From NCBI GenBank assembly GCA_036796215.1, contig DAIRDJ010000004.1, positions 2,077-66,076 of the forward strand: a stretch of DNA of 64,000 nt, read 5' to 3'. The notes beneath the pieces were generated by a model. The model searched no databases. It saw nothing but the letters and a program-made list of their open reading frames with translations, and was not told the DNA's origin. Within the stretch, counting starts at the first letter, position 1, and every line of letters starts with the position of its first letter. The position numbers and the translations under genes are program-made. Shown here one piece after another: positions 35,560-45,889 of this stretch. This DNA is from Geminicoccaceae bacterium (lineage in GTDB: Bacteria > Pseudomonadota > Alphaproteobacteria > Geminicoccales > Geminicoccaceae).

Positions 35560-36150
35560 GCCAGTGGTGCGACGCCGAGCTCCGCCACAATCTCGTCGAG
35601 CTGGCGGCGCAGGTTGGCGTGCCGGTCGAGCCCTTGCGCCAGGCAGATGTCACGCACGGCGACGCCGCGCTGGTTGAGGATCGCCGCATCGGCGGTCGAC
35701 GCAGCATAGGCCGAGATGTCGCCCCGGGCGAAGGTCGCGGTGGCCGGGCCGGCGTCGCCCACGGTGAGGAAGGTATAATCCTCCCCCTCGGTAATGCCGG
35801 AGCCGAGGAGCACGTTACGGGCGAAGCCGAGCTCGGCACCATCGGCCGTGCCGGTGCCGACCACCGGGCCACGCAGGTCCTCGATCGTCTGGTTGTCGAA
35901 CCCTCCTCGACTACAATGCCGAAGTTGGATCGGGCGGCCACGTTATGGATGAAGACGGCGTCGACCCCGCGCGAACGCGCGGCAAGGACCGGGCCCGGAC
36001 CCGGGCGGCCGCAATGCGCCTATCCAGCCGAAAGTGCCTGAAGGGCCGCGCCCGAGCCGTTGAGCGATTCGACGGTGACCGCACGCCCTTCATCGGCAAA
36101 ATAACCCTCGCCGATGGCGACGAAGACCGACACAACCCCGAGGACGTGAC
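35560..36150 (-). pseudogene. Remnant of an NMT1-like ABC substrate-binding protein gene (5' and 3' truncated, one stop, one frameshift)
   Basis: Reverse translation gives ...GVVSVFVAIGEGYFADEGRAVTVESLNGSGAALQALSAG*AHCGRPGPGPVLAARSRGVDAVFIHNVAARSNFGIVVEEG, with TAG at 36020-36022. After a frame change near 35900-35910 it continues FDNQTIEDLRGPVVGTGTADGAELGFARNVLLGSGITEGEDYTFLTVGDAGPATATFARGDISAY. No signal peptide and no C-terminal half. Confidence 0.6.
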
Positions 36151-36159
36151 GTTTCTCGG

Positions 36160-36586
36160 TCAGCTCGCAAGCCCCACGCAGGTGCTCGAGGCGCGGCTCG
36201 CGATCGAGCCCGAGCTCGCGCGTCTCGCAGCCCTCCACGGCCTCAAGGCGGACTTCGAATCGATCCGCAACTGCAGCGAGCGGGCGCGCGCCGCGGTCGA
36301 CTGGCGCAGCTACGAGGCCTGGGACAACAAGCTGCACCAGGCGATCGCCACGGCGACCAAGAACAAGCTGCTGATCTTTCTCTTCGACACGCTGAATGTC
36401 GTGCGCCGGTCGATCGTCTGGGGTCAGGAGCGGACCACCGGGCGGCCGCCGGTGCTGCACGAGAGCTTCGACCAGCACGACGCCATCGTGGCGGCGATCG
36501 AGGCGCACGACCCGGCGGCGGCGGCCGACCGGATGCGCGACCACCTCCGCTCGGTGCGCGACCCGGTGCTGCCGTCCCCGAAGTGA
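36160..36586 (+). pseudogene. GntR-family regulator remnant: FCD (FadR C-terminal) domain only, wHTH domain missing
   Basis: The distal part of ORF 35945..36586 reads SPTQVLEARLAIEPELARLAA...WDNKLHQAIATATKNKLL...HDAIVAAIEAHDPAAAADRMRDHL, an FCD domain. The proximal part of the ORF is merely antisense to the binding-protein remnant. Confidence 0.6.
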
Positions 36587-36609
36587 GCGTGAGAGCATGA
36601 CCGCCGGGG

Positions 36610-37311
36610 TCAGACGACCTCGACGGTGAGCTCCCCCACGCCTTCGATCGTGGCGTGCATGACGTCGCCCCTGACCACGGCGGCGACGCCCGACGGGGTC
36701 CCGGTCATGATCACATCGCCGGCCGCGAGCGTGAAGTACTCCGAGAGATAGCTGATCATCTCTGGCACCTTCCAGATCATCTGGTTGAGGTCGCCCTCTT
36801 GGCGCACTTGGCCGTTGACCTCCAGCAGGACTCCGCCGTCGGCCGGATGGCCGATCTCGGCAGCTGGCCGCAGCGGTCCCATGGGTGCGGAATGCTCGAA
36901 CGCTTTGCCGATCTCCCAGGGCCGACCCATGTCCTTGGCGATGCCCTGCAGATCCCGGCGGGTCATGTCGAGCCCCACGCCATAGGCGAAGACGCAGTCG
37001 AGGGCCCGGTCGACCGGGATGGTCGTCCCGCCGCTAGCTAGCGCCACGACCATCTCGATCTCGTGATGCACGTCGCTCGAGCGCGGCGGATAGGGGAACC
37101 TGCCGGAAAAATCGAGATTGTCCGGGTTCTTCTGAAAGAAGAAGGGCGGCTCGCGGTCGGGGTCGTGGCCCATCTCGATGGCGTGCGCCGCGTAGTTCCG
37201 GCCGATGCAGTAGACCCGACGCACCGGAAAGAGGCGGTCCGATCCGGCAACGGGGATCAGGGTCGCGGCGGGCGGGTCGATCACGAGGGCTGACATCGAT
37301 CGGGGCTCCAT
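36610..37311 (-). CDS. Fumarylacetoacetate hydrolase (FAH)-family protein
   Basis: ORF 36610..37311. VYCIGRNYAAHAIEMG, HEIEMVV, WEIGKAFEHSAP, GDVIMTGTPSGV. Confidence 0.85.
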   Translation of the reverse strand: MEPRSMSALVIDPPAATLIPVAGSDRLFPVRRVYCIGRNYAAHAIEMGHDPDREPPFFFQKNPDNLDFSGRFPYPPRSSDVHHEIEMVVALASGGTTIPVDRALDCVFAYGVGLDMTRRDLQGIAKDMGRPWEIGKAFEHSAPMGPLRPAAEIGHPADGGVLLEVNGQVRQEGDLNQMIWKVPEMISYLSEYFTLAAGDVIMTGTPSGVAAVVRGDVMHATIEGVGELTVEVV

Positions 37312-37387
37312 GACGAGGTCGGGGCCGAGGATGCTCTCAACTCGACTGGCCGGGGTGTGAGGTCAATGCATCAATCGGCCGATTGGT

Positions 37388-38599
37388 TCAGCCAGGATCG
37401 GTAGGCAGCGGCTGGCTGAGCAGGTACATGGCGGCGACGACACCGCTGGCCTCGGGCCTCGGACCGGTGATCTCGAGCGCCATCTCGCAGCCGGCGAGCG
37501 TGCCCAGAAGTGTGAGGTCGTTGAAGTCGCCGAGATGGCCGATGCGAAAGACCTTGCCGGCCAGCCGCGAGAGACCGGCGCCGAGCGAGAGATCGAAGCG
37601 ATCGAGAGCCGCGGCGCGGACCGCATCCGCGTCCGACCCTTCGGGCAGCAGCACGGCGGTGAGGCTGGCCGAGCGCTCCCCGGGATCACGGGCGAAGAGC
37701 TCGAGCCCCCAGGCCTCGACTGCGGCCCGGGTCGCCGCCGCGTGGCGGGCGTGGCGGGCGAAGACGGTATCGAGCCCTTCCGCCATCAAGAGCTCGAGCG
37801 CCGCGTCGAGGCCAAAGAGCAGGTTGGTCGACGGAGTGTAGGGGAAAAAGCCCCGGGCATTGGCATCGAGCATGGGCGCCCAGTCCCAATAGCTGCGCGG
37901 GCAGCGGGCCGAGGCGTTGGCCATGCGCGCCTTCTCGCTGATCGCGTTGAACGACAGCCCCGGCGGTAGCATCAGCCCTTTCTGCGAGCCGGCCACCGTG
38001 ACGTCGACCCCCCAGGCGTCGTGGGCGTAGGGCATCGAGCCCAAGGACGAGATGGTGTCGACCATCAGCAGTGCTGGATGACCCGCGGCGTCGATCGCCC
38101 GGCGCACCGCCTGGATGTCCGAGGTCACGCCGGTCGAGGTCTCGTTGTGGACGACGCAGACGGCCTTGAGGCGCTGGGCGCGGTCCTCGGCGAGGCGGCT
38201 CTCGATCACCCCGGCATCGACACCGACCCGCCAGTCGCTCGGGATGAGCTCGACCTCGAGCTCCAGCCTGAGCGCGAGATCCCGCCAGAGCCCGGCGAAG
38301 TGGCCCTGCTCGACCATCAGCACCGCGTCGCCCGGCGAGAGCGTATTGACCAGGGCCGCCTCCCAGGCGCCGGTGCCGGAAGCCGGATAGATGACGATCG
38401 GGCCAGCGGTGCCGAAGATCGGCTGCAGACCCTCGAGCACGCGGCGGGCGAGGCGTTGGAACTCGGGGCCGCGGTGGTCGATGGTCGGCCGGTCGATCGC
38501 TCTGAGGACCGGATCGGGCACGTTGGTCGGTCCCGGGATCTGGAGGAAGTGCCGTCCGGGCGTCCGTCCGCTGGTCATGGGGCTGCTGCTTTCGCTCAT
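37388..38599 (-). CDS. Class V aminotransferase (serine-glyoxylate / alanine-glyoxylate type)
   Basis: ORF 37388..38599. FLQIPGPTNVPDPVLRA, HNETSTGV, SQKGLMLPPGLSF (PLP-Lys region). Confidence 0.85.
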   Translation of the reverse strand: MSESSSPMTSGRTPGRHFLQIPGPTNVPDPVLRAIDRPTIDHRGPEFQRLARRVLEGLQPIFGTAGPIVIYPASGTGAWEAALVNTLSPGDAVLMVEQGHFAGLWRDLALRLELEVELIPSDWRVGVDAGVIESRLAEDRAQRLKAVCVVHNETSTGVTSDIQAVRRAIDAAGHPALLMVDTISSLGSMPYAHDAWGVDVTVAGSQKGLMLPPGLSFNAISEKARMANASARCPRSYWDWAPMLDANARGFFPYTPSTNLLFGLDAALELLMAEGLDTVFARHARHAAATRAAVEAWGLELFARDPGERSASLTAVLLPEGSDADAVRAAALDRFDLSLGAGLSRLAGKVFRIGHLGDFNDLTLLGTLAGCEMALEITGPRPEASGVVAAMYLLSQPLPTDPG

Positions 38600-38679
38600 G
38601 GAGATCGCGCGAGCATCGGCACGGGTCGAGACATGTCAAGCTGCCGCTCGCGGCGCAGATCGTTGACCGGCAGGGTGGG

Positions 38680-41679
38680 ATGGCGCATGCCGGGAGCGCC
38701 CGTCTGCTGCCGCCGGAGCCCGTCTTGCCCACCCTCAGCCTCCGTCCTTCCCACACCCTGCGCGGGACGCGGCAGCCGGGCGATCCGGCGCTGGCGGCGA
38801 AGCTGGCAGGGGCGATCGAGGGCGAGGTGCTGTTCGGACCCTTCGATCGCGGCCGCCACGCCACCGACGCCTCGCTCTACCAGATCGAGCCTTTGGGCGT
38901 GATCCGGCCGCGGCACAAGGCCGATATCGAGGCCGCGATCGCCATTGCCCGCGAGGCGGGTGTGTCGCTGATCCCCCGGGGTGGCGGCACCTCGCAGGCC
39001 GGGCAGACGGTGGGCCGTTCGGTGGTGGTCGACAACGCGCGCTGGCTGAGCGAAACGACCGGTCTCGATCTCGAGGCCCGCACGATCTGGGTGGAGCCCG
39101 GGCTCGTGCTCGATGAGCTCAATCGCGCCCTGAAGCCGCACGGGCTCTTCTATCCGGTCGACGTTTCGACCGCCTCGCGGGCGACGCTGGGCGGGATGAC
39201 GGCCAACAACTCCTGCGGCTCGCGCTCGCTCCGCTACGGTGTGTCGGTGGACAACGTGCTGGCGATCGAGGCGGTGACGGCGGACGGCGAGACCATGGTC
39301 TTCGGCCGGGGCACGGATCTGCCGCGGCCCTCGAATGCCCAAGTGGCTCTCGAGGCGCGGCTCCGCGAAATCGCCGAAGGGGCGCGCGATGCCATCGACG
39401 CCTATTGGCCCCGCACCAGCCGTCAGGTCGGCGGCTACAACCTGCCGGACCTGCTCGAGGATCCCGTGCCGGGCCTGGCACGGCACCGCAATGCGGCCTC
39501 GGTCCTGGTGGGCTCGGAGGGCACGCTGGCCTATTTCACGCGGATCAAGCTCGAGCTGCATCCATTGCCGCAGCACAAGGTCATGGGCATCTGCCGCTTC
39601 GCCACGCTCGATCAGGCGATGCGGGCGACGCCGGCCATCGTCGCACTCGGCCCCACCTGCGTGGAGCTGGTCGATCGCTCGATCCTCGAGCTCGCGCGTG
39701 ACATCCCTGCCTTTCGGTCGACGCTGGACGAGATCCGCGCCGGCGACGCCGAGGCGCTGCTGATCACCGAATTCGCCGGTGACGACGCGGCGCACCAAAG
39801 CCAGGCACTGGCTGCCCTGCACGACTGCCTCGCCGGGTTCGGTCACGCGGGGGCGGTGGTGGATGCCGTCGAGCCGGCGCTGCAGGCGCGGATCACCGCC
39901 TTGCGCACGGCCGGGCTCAACATCGTGATGTCGATGAAGGGCGACGCCAAGCCCGTCTCCTTTGTCGAGGACTGTGCGGTGCCGCTGGCGCATCTGGCCG
40001 CGTACACGGCGGCACTCACCGAGATCTTCGCCCGCCATGGCACCCGCGGCACCTGGTACGCGCATGCCGCGGTCGGCTGCCTGCATGTCCGGCCGGTCTT
40101 GAACCTCAAGGACGAGGCGGGGGTGCGCACGATGCGGGCGATCGCCGAGGAGACGCTGGAGCTGGTCCGGCGCTTTCGCGGCAGCCATTCGGGCGAGCAC
40201 GGCGACGGCCTCGTCCGCTCGGAATGGCACCCGCGGATCTTCGGCGAGCGGCTGGTCGGCGCCTTCGAGCAGGTGAAGGACGCCTTCGATCCGGCTGGCG
40301 TCTTCAACAACGCCCCCGCCAAGATCGTCCGTGCGCCTGCCATGTCGGATCGCAGCCTCTTTCGCTTCCAGCCTGGCTATACCGAGCGGCCGGTGCCGAT
40401 CCGCACCGAGCTCGACTGGTCGGCCTGGGGTGGCCTCCTGCCGGCGGTCGAGATGTGCAACAACAACGGCGCCTGCCGGTCACTGGCCGGCGGCGTGATG
40501 TGCCCGAGCTATCGGGCGACCTGCGACGAGGCCCACGTCACCCGTGGCCGGGCCAACGCGCTGCGCCTCGCCCTCTCCGGCCAGCTCGGCCCGGATGCCC
40601 TCGACGGGCCGGAGATGCGCGACGCCATGGCACTCTGCGTCGGCTGCAAGGCCTGCAAGCGCGAATGCCCGACCGGCGTCGACATGGCGCGGATGAAGCT
40701 CGAGCTCGCGGCACGCTGGCGGCAAGCGACGGGTGTGTCGTGGCGCGACCGGCTGATCGCCGAGCTGCCGAAGCTCGCCCCCGGCTTGGCGTGGGCGGCG
40801 CCGGCACTGGCGCTCCGCGAGCGTTCGCCCCTGTTGCGCAAGCTCGGCCAGAGCCTTTTCGGCATCGCCGCCGAGCGCAGCCTGCCGCGGTTCCGGCGTC
40901 GCCGGGCAGCGAAGAGGGCAGCGGACGCCGGCGGACCGGGCGTGGTTCTCTTCGCTGACACCTTCACCACCTGGTTCGAGCCCGAGAATGCCGAAGCTGC
41001 GCGGGCAGTGCTCGAGGCCATGGGCTATCGGGTGATCGATCCGACACCTCGAGGCGAGCGCCCGCTCTGCTGCGGCCGCACCTATCTTTGGGCTGGCATG
41101 GTCGACGAAGCACGGGCGGAGCTTCGGCGCACGATTGCGCATCTGCGGCCCCATCTGGACGCGGGCTTGCCCGTGGTCGGGCTCGAGCCCTCCTGTCTCT
41201 TCACCTTCAAGGATGAGCTGTTGGCGCTGCTGCCCGCGGCCGAGCGCCTCGAGCTCGACGCACGGGCGGTGCTGCTCGCCGAGGTCGTCACAGCCGAGAG
41301 CCATCGCCTCGAGCTCGGGCCGGTGACGTGGAAAAAAGTGCATCTGCACGGCCATTGCCATGAGAAGGCGTTCGGCGCCTTCGAACAGGTAATCGCGGCA
41401 GTCCGGCTGGTGCCGGGGCTGGAGGTCACGCCGATCGACAGTGGCTGCTGCGGCATGGCGGGCGCGTTCGGCTATGCAAGGGAGACGATCGAGGTCGCAA
41501 AGGGCATGGCCGAGCTCGACCTCTTGCCGGCGGTTCGCGCGGTGGGCCCCGACGCGCTCGTCATCGCCGACGGGACGAGCTGCCGCCACCAGATCAGCGA
41601 CAGTGCCGGTGTCGAGGCATGGCATGTGGCCCGGCTTCTGGCGGCAGCCCTGCCCGCCGCATCGGCCGACCGGCGGTGA
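38680..41679 (+). CDS. FAD-linked oxidase fused to an Fe-S/CCG-domain subunit (YdiJ / GlcD-GlcF-fusion type 2-hydroxyacid dehydrogenase)
   Basis: ORF 38680..41679, 999 aa. N-terminal FAD_binding_4-like domain (PRGGGTSQAGQ), central CxxCxxC clusters (CVGCKACKRECP) and C-terminal CCG-type Cys motifs. Confidence 0.8.
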   Translation: MAHAGSARLLPPEPVLPTLSLRPSHTLRGTRQPGDPALAAKLAGAIEGEVLFGPFDRGRHATDASLYQIEPLGVIRPRHKADIEAAIAIAREAGVSLIPRGGGTSQAGQTVGRSVVVDNARWLSETTGLDLEARTIWVEPGLVLDELNRALKPHGLFYPVDVSTASRATLGGMTANNSCGSRSLRYGVSVDNVLAIEAVTADGETMVFGRGTDLPRPSNAQVALEARLREIAEGARDAIDAYWPRTSRQVGGYNLPDLLEDPVPGLARHRNAASVLVGSEGTLAYFTRIKLELHPLPQHKVMGICRFATLDQAMRATPAIVALGPTCVELVDRSILELARDIPAFRSTLDEIRAGDAEALLITEFAGDDAAHQSQALAALHDCLAGFGHAGAVVDAVEPALQARITALRTAGLNIVMSMKGDAKPVSFVEDCAVPLAHLAAYTAALTEIFARHGTRGTWYAHAAVGCLHVRPVLNLKDEAGVRTMRAIAEETLELVRRFRGSHSGEHGDGLVRSEWHPRIFGERLVGAFEQVKDAFDPAGVFNNAPAKIVRAPAMSDRSLFRFQPGYTERPVPIRTELDWSAWGGLLPAVEMCNNNGACRSLAGGVMCPSYRATCDEAHVTRGRANALRLALSGQLGPDALDGPEMRDAMALCVGCKACKRECPTGVDMARMKLELAARWRQATGVSWRDRLIAELPKLAPGLAWAAPALALRERSPLLRKLGQSLFGIAAERSLPRFRRRRAAKRAADAGGPGVVLFADTFTTWFEPENAEAARAVLEAMGYRVIDPTPRGERPLCCGRTYLWAGMVDEARAELRRTIAHLRPHLDAGLPVVGLEPSCLFTFKDELLALLPAAERLELDARAVLLAEVVTAESHRLELGPVTWKKVHLHGHCHEKAFGAFEQVIAAVRLVPGLEVTPIDSGCCGMAGAFGYARETIEVAKGMAELDLLPAVRAVGPDALVIADGTSCRHQISDSAGVEAWHVARLLAAALPAASADRR

Positions 41680-41695
41680 CGTCTCGGACAGACGT

Positions 41696-42529
41696 TTAGA
41701 GCAACTCGAGCGGTCGCTTGCGCGTCGGCGGCGGGAAGTCCCGATCGAGCTCGCTCAGGTCCTCGGCGGTGAGGACGAGGTCCGCCGCGCGGCAGTTGGC
41801 CGTCACGTGGGCCAGGGTCGCGGCCTTGGGAATGGCAATCACACCCGGCCGGGCCAAGACCCAGGCGAGGGCGACGCTGAAGCGATCGACACCGTGCCTC
41901 GAGGCTATCCGATCGAGCGCGCCACCGGCCGGCAGGCGGCCCTGCTCGATCGGGCTGTAGGCCATGACCGGGACACCATGCTCCCCGCACCAGGGCAAGA
42001 GGTCCCATTCGGCACCGCGACGGGTGACGTTGTAGAGGATCTGGTTGACGGCGCAGCTCGGACCGTGCGGCACCCGCCAGAGCTCCTCCAGATCACCTGT
42101 GTCGAGATTGCTCACACCCCAATGACGGATCTCGCCCGACTTGCGCAGGCGCTCGAAGCCCTCGACGGTCTCGGCCAGCGGGTAGCTGCCGCGCCAGTGA
42201 AGGAGGTAGAGGTCGATCCGATCGGTGCCGAGCCGCTCAAGGCTGCGCGCGCACGCGGCAACGACCCCCTGGTGCGACGCATTGTGCGGATAGACCTTGC
42301 TGACGACAAAGGCGTCGTCGCGGTGCCCGGCGATCGCCTCGCCCACCACCGCCTCGGCCCCGCCATCGGCATACATCTCGGCCGTGTCGATCAGGGTCAG
42401 GCCGAGCTCGAGCCCGTGGCGCAAGGCGGCGATCTCGGCCGCCCGCCGCTCGCGTCGCTCGCCCATGAACCAGGTCCCCTGGCCGAGCGCCGGCACCGTC
42501 TCGCCCGAGGGCAGGATCACGCTACGCAT
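41696..42529 (-). CDS. Aldo/keto reductase
   Basis: ORF 41696..42529. LGQGTW, IDTAEMY, DLYLLHW, GVSN motifs. Confidence 0.9.
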   Translation of the reverse strand: MRSVILPSGETVPALGQGTWFMGERRERRAAEIAALRHGLELGLTLIDTAEMYADGGAEAVVGEAIAGHRDDAFVVSKVYPHNASHQGVVAACARSLERLGTDRIDLYLLHWRGSYPLAETVEGFERLRKSGEIRHWGVSNLDTGDLEELWRVPHGPSCAVNQILYNVTRRGAEWDLLPWCGEHGVPVMAYSPIEQGRLPAGGALDRIASRHGVDRFSVALAWVLARPGVIAIPKAATLAHVTANCRAADLVLTAEDLSELDRDFPPPTRKRPLELL

Positions 42530-42694
42530 GCTGCTCCTTTCGCGCGTTGGCTTCCCGAGGCCGCCCCAATGGCATCTTCGAGCCTGAACGTCGATCCCCC
42601 GTTACGATCGCCGCTGTCGCTGTATTGTCATTAGCGGCTGACAGAAGCTTGGCGGCTGCTATAGCGGTGGCCGAAGACCAATGGAGGAGCGATC

Positions 42695-44212
42695 ATGAAG
42701 CCAGTCGTGCGTCTGTTGACGGTGGCGACCGTGCTGCCGGCGGTGGTGGCGCTGCCACTCGCCGTCGCCCAGCCGGCCGCGGCGGAGCCCGTCGAGATCA
42801 AGATCTTGCAGGTCAACGACTGGGACCGCTTCGAGGAGGATGACGATCGTGGTGGCTTCGCGCGCCTCGTGTCGATCCTGGAGGCCGAAGGTGCCGACGC
42901 CTCGAACGTCCTGTTCCTGCATGCCGGCGATGCCATCTCGCCGTCGCTGCTCTCGGGCTTCGACCAGGGCGCCCACATGATCACCCTTTTGAACGAGCTG
43001 CCCATCGCCGCCTTCACGCTCGGCAACCACGAGTTCGATTTCGGGCCCGATGTGGCCGCCGAGCGGGTTGCCGAGGCGACGTTCCCGGTTGTCAGCAGCA
43101 ACGTGAAGACGGCCTCGGGCGAGGTCTTCCCCGGCACGGTCGAGACATTGCTGCTCGAGGTCGAGGGCTTCACCATCGGCATCTATGGGCTCACCACGCC
43201 GGATACGATCGAGATCGCGAGCCCGGGCGACACGGCGTTCGAGCCGGTGCTCGAGACCGGCCTCGCCATGCAGGCTGCCCTGCGCGAAGCGGGGGCGGAT
43301 ATCGTCGTGGCCCTGGTCCATACCGGCTGGGAAGAGGACATGAGCCTCTTTCGCAACCAGGCGGCCGACCTTATCCTGACCGGTCACGATCACGATCTAC
43401 GGGTGATGTATAACGGCCGCACCGCGATGGTCGAAAGCTACAACCAGGCCGACTACGTCACCGCCATCGAGCTTCTGGTCGAGCGTGACGAGGACGGTGA
43501 TGTAAGCTGGTCGCCCTCCTTCCGAGTCCTCGACAGTGCCGCCTACGCGCCCGCCGAGAGCGGGCTCGCGCTCATCCAGCCGTTCGAGGAGCGGCTCTCT
43601 GACGAGCTCGATATCGATATCGGCGAGGCTCTGGTCGAACTCGACACCCGCCGGGCCACGGTCCGCAACCAGGAGAGCAATTTCGGCAGCCTGATCGCCG
43701 ATGCGATCCGTAGCGCCACCGACGCCGATATCGGCTTCACCAATGGCGGTGGCATCCGCGGCGATCGGCTTTACGATCCGGGCCACGTGCTGACCCGCCG
43801 GGACGTGCTGACGGAGCTGCCCTTTGGCAACACCACGGTGCTGGTCGAGCTCACCGGCGCCGACCTTCTGGCGGCCCTTGAGAACGGCGTGAGCCAGGTC
43901 GAGGATGGCGCCGGCCGCTTCCCTCAGGTCTCGGGCCTGAGCTTCACCTTCGATGCGACCAAGCCCGCCGGCGAGCGGGTGGTCGAGGTGAAGGTCGGCG
44001 ACGCACCGCTCGATCCCGAGGCCACTTATCGGGTCGCGACCAACGACTACATGCTCGGCGGCGGTGACGGCTATACGAGCTTCGCCAAGGGGACCGTGAT
44101 CATCGACGCGGCAGCAGCCACCCTGATGGCGAACACCGTGATCAACTACATCACCGCGATCGGCGGGACTGTCGATCTCGAGCCCGAGGGGCGGATCACC
44201 CGGCTCAACTGA
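42695..44212 (+). CDS. Secreted bifunctional metallophosphatase / 5'-nucleotidase (UshA-like)
   Basis: ORF 42695..44212. Signal peptide, ILQVNDWD, HAGDAISPS, GNHEFD, and a C-terminal 5'-nucleotidase domain (NGGGIRGD, NDYMLGGGDGY). Confidence 0.85.
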   Translation: MKPVVRLLTVATVLPAVVALPLAVAQPAAAEPVEIKILQVNDWDRFEEDDDRGGFARLVSILEAEGADASNVLFLHAGDAISPSLLSGFDQGAHMITLLNELPIAAFTLGNHEFDFGPDVAAERVAEATFPVVSSNVKTASGEVFPGTVETLLLEVEGFTIGIYGLTTPDTIEIASPGDTAFEPVLETGLAMQAALREAGADIVVALVHTGWEEDMSLFRNQAADLILTGHDHDLRVMYNGRTAMVESYNQADYVTAIELLVERDEDGDVSWSPSFRVLDSAAYAPAESGLALIQPFEERLSDELDIDIGEALVELDTRRATVRNQESNFGSLIADAIRSATDADIGFTNGGGIRGDRLYDPGHVLTRRDVLTELPFGNTTVLVELTGADLLAALENGVSQVEDGAGRFPQVSGLSFTFDATKPAGERVVEVKVGDAPLDPEATYRVATNDYMLGGGDGYTSFAKGTVIIDAAAATLMANTVINYITAIGGTVDLEPEGRITRLN

Positions 44213-44297
44213 GCGCCGCATCAAGGGGTTTCGCGCAGGCGGCGGATCGGCCATAGGTCTTGCGGACCTCACGGGCGACAACAGGGAGACCGCCGCC

Positions 44298-45257
44298 ATG
44301 ACCTCGACTACCGGCCGAGCGAAACCCGAGATTGCGATCCTGGGCCAGCTGCGGCCACCGCTGATTGCGGCGCTGGAGGCCCAGTTTGTCTGCCATCCCG
44401 TCTATGCACAGGCGGATCGGATCGGCTATCTGCGCGAGCATGGTGATCGGATCCGTGGTGCGGCGAGCCACGGGATGGCCGGCATCAAACGGACCGAGAT
44501 GGAGCTGATGCCGCAGCTCGAGATCTGTGCGATCAACGGGGTTGGCCTCGAGACCACCGATCTCGACGTCGCCCGGGCCCGTGGTGTGACCGTTACGATC
44601 ACGCCCGTGCTCTACGACGACGTCGCCGACCTCGCCATCGGCCTCGCACTCGCTGCCTGCCGACGGATTGCCGAGGGCGACCGGTTCGTCCGCAGCGGCG
44701 CCTGGCTCGAGGGGCGGATGGCGCTCGGCCGCAAGCTGAGCGGCATGAAGGCCGGGCTGATCGGGCTCGGGCGGATCGGCAGCGAGGTGGCGGCCCGCCT
44801 CGAAGGCTTCAAATGCGAGATCGCCTATGTCGACCCGCTGCCGCGCGACGTGCCCTATCGTCGGGTCTGGGATGCGGTGACACTCGCGCGGGAGAGCGAT
44901 ATTCTCTTCTTGGCTGCTGCCGGTGCCGCCAAGGGGGCCGGCGCACCGCTTGTCGATCGGGCGATCCTCGAGGCCCTGGGACCGCGTGGCATCTTCGTCA
45001 ACATCGCCCGCGGCTGGCTCGTCGACGAGCCGGCGATGGTCGAGCTCTTGGCCTCGGGCGGGCTCGGCGCTGCCGGGCTCGATGTCTTCGACGACGAGCC
45101 CGACGTGCCGGAAGCCCTGCTGGTACTCGACAATGTGGTGCTCACGCCGCACATCGCGAGTTCGACCGAGGAGACCATGGGGGCGATGGGCGACACTGTG
45201 GTCGCCAACCTCGTCTCCTGGTTCGCCGGCAAGGGCGCATTGACGCCGGTCGCCTGA
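44298..45257 (+). CDS. D-isomer-specific 2-hydroxyacid dehydrogenase (glyoxylate/hydroxypyruvate reductase-like)
   Basis: ORF 44298..45257. GLIGLGRIGSEVA NAD motif, NIARG, LTPHIAS. Confidence 0.85.
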   Translation: MTSTTGRAKPEIAILGQLRPPLIAALEAQFVCHPVYAQADRIGYLREHGDRIRGAASHGMAGIKRTEMELMPQLEICAINGVGLETTDLDVARARGVTVTITPVLYDDVADLAIGLALAACRRIAEGDRFVRSGAWLEGRMALGRKLSGMKAGLIGLGRIGSEVAARLEGFKCEIAYVDPLPRDVPYRRVWDAVTLARESDILFLAAAGAAKGAGAPLVDRAILEALGPRGIFVNIARGWLVDEPAMVELLASGGLGAAGLDVFDDEPDVPEALLVLDNVVLTPHIASSTEETMGAMGDTVVANLVSWFAGKGALTPVA

Positions 45258-45438
45258 ACGCGTCGGCACCGGTACGGCGGTACGTGGCGTCGGCTGCTTG
45301 TTGTTGACCTCGCGGGCGAGCATACGTTAGGCGTATCCTAGACATTCTTCGGATCGGACATCATGATGCCTGCAGTTCGGGAGCTATTCGTCTGCCCCGT
45401 CATGGAGGATCGTTCCGGTCAGCTCATCAAATGCGGAG

Positions 45439-45882
45439 GTGCGGACCATAACCGCCTTTTCTGGCCATTTTGCGCGGCTCGATGAACGGCTCCGTTGCTG
45501 GAGCTTCGTCGGCTGGTGTATCGCCTGGCTGGTCGTCGCCTGGGCGATGCTCGACCCGTCCCCGCCACTCGTCGGTGCCGTCTCCGACAAGGCCCTCCAT
45601 TTCCTCAGCTTCTGCGCCGTCAGCTTCGCGGCCGTTGCGTTCTGCCGCTCGAGCGTGCAGCTCGCCATGGCGGGAATCGTGTGTGCCGTGGCCGGCGTCG
45701 GGTTCGAGATCGCGCAATACTTCATGCCGCCGCGCGGCTTCGAGTGGGGCGATATCGCCGCCAATCTCGGCGGCACCGTGGCCGGCATCCTTCTCGCCGC
45801 CCTGGCACTGCGGGGGCTGCGCAAGCTCGGCTGGCCGTCTCGCCGCGGACCCCGAGGCCGTCCAGCGCGCAGCGCCGCCTGA
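45439..45882 (+). CDS. VanZ-like membrane protein
   Basis: ORF 45439..45882 (GTG; start uncertain). DKALHFLSF..., EIAQYFMPPRGFEWGDIAANLGG resembles the VanZ family. Confidence 0.55.
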   Translation: MRTITAFSGHFARLDERLRCWSFVGWCIAWLVVAWAMLDPSPPLVGAVSDKALHFLSFCAVSFAAVAFCRSSVQLAMAGIVCAVAGVGFEIAQYFMPPRGFEWGDIAANLGGTVAGILLAALALRGLRKLGWPSRRGPRGRPARSAA

Positions 45883-45889
45883 GCACGGC

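Noticed and set aside
45359-45368. CATCATGATG 10-nt perfect palindrome upstream of the VanZ-like gene
   Set aside because: It is too short to distinguish from chance and the flanks are not complementary.
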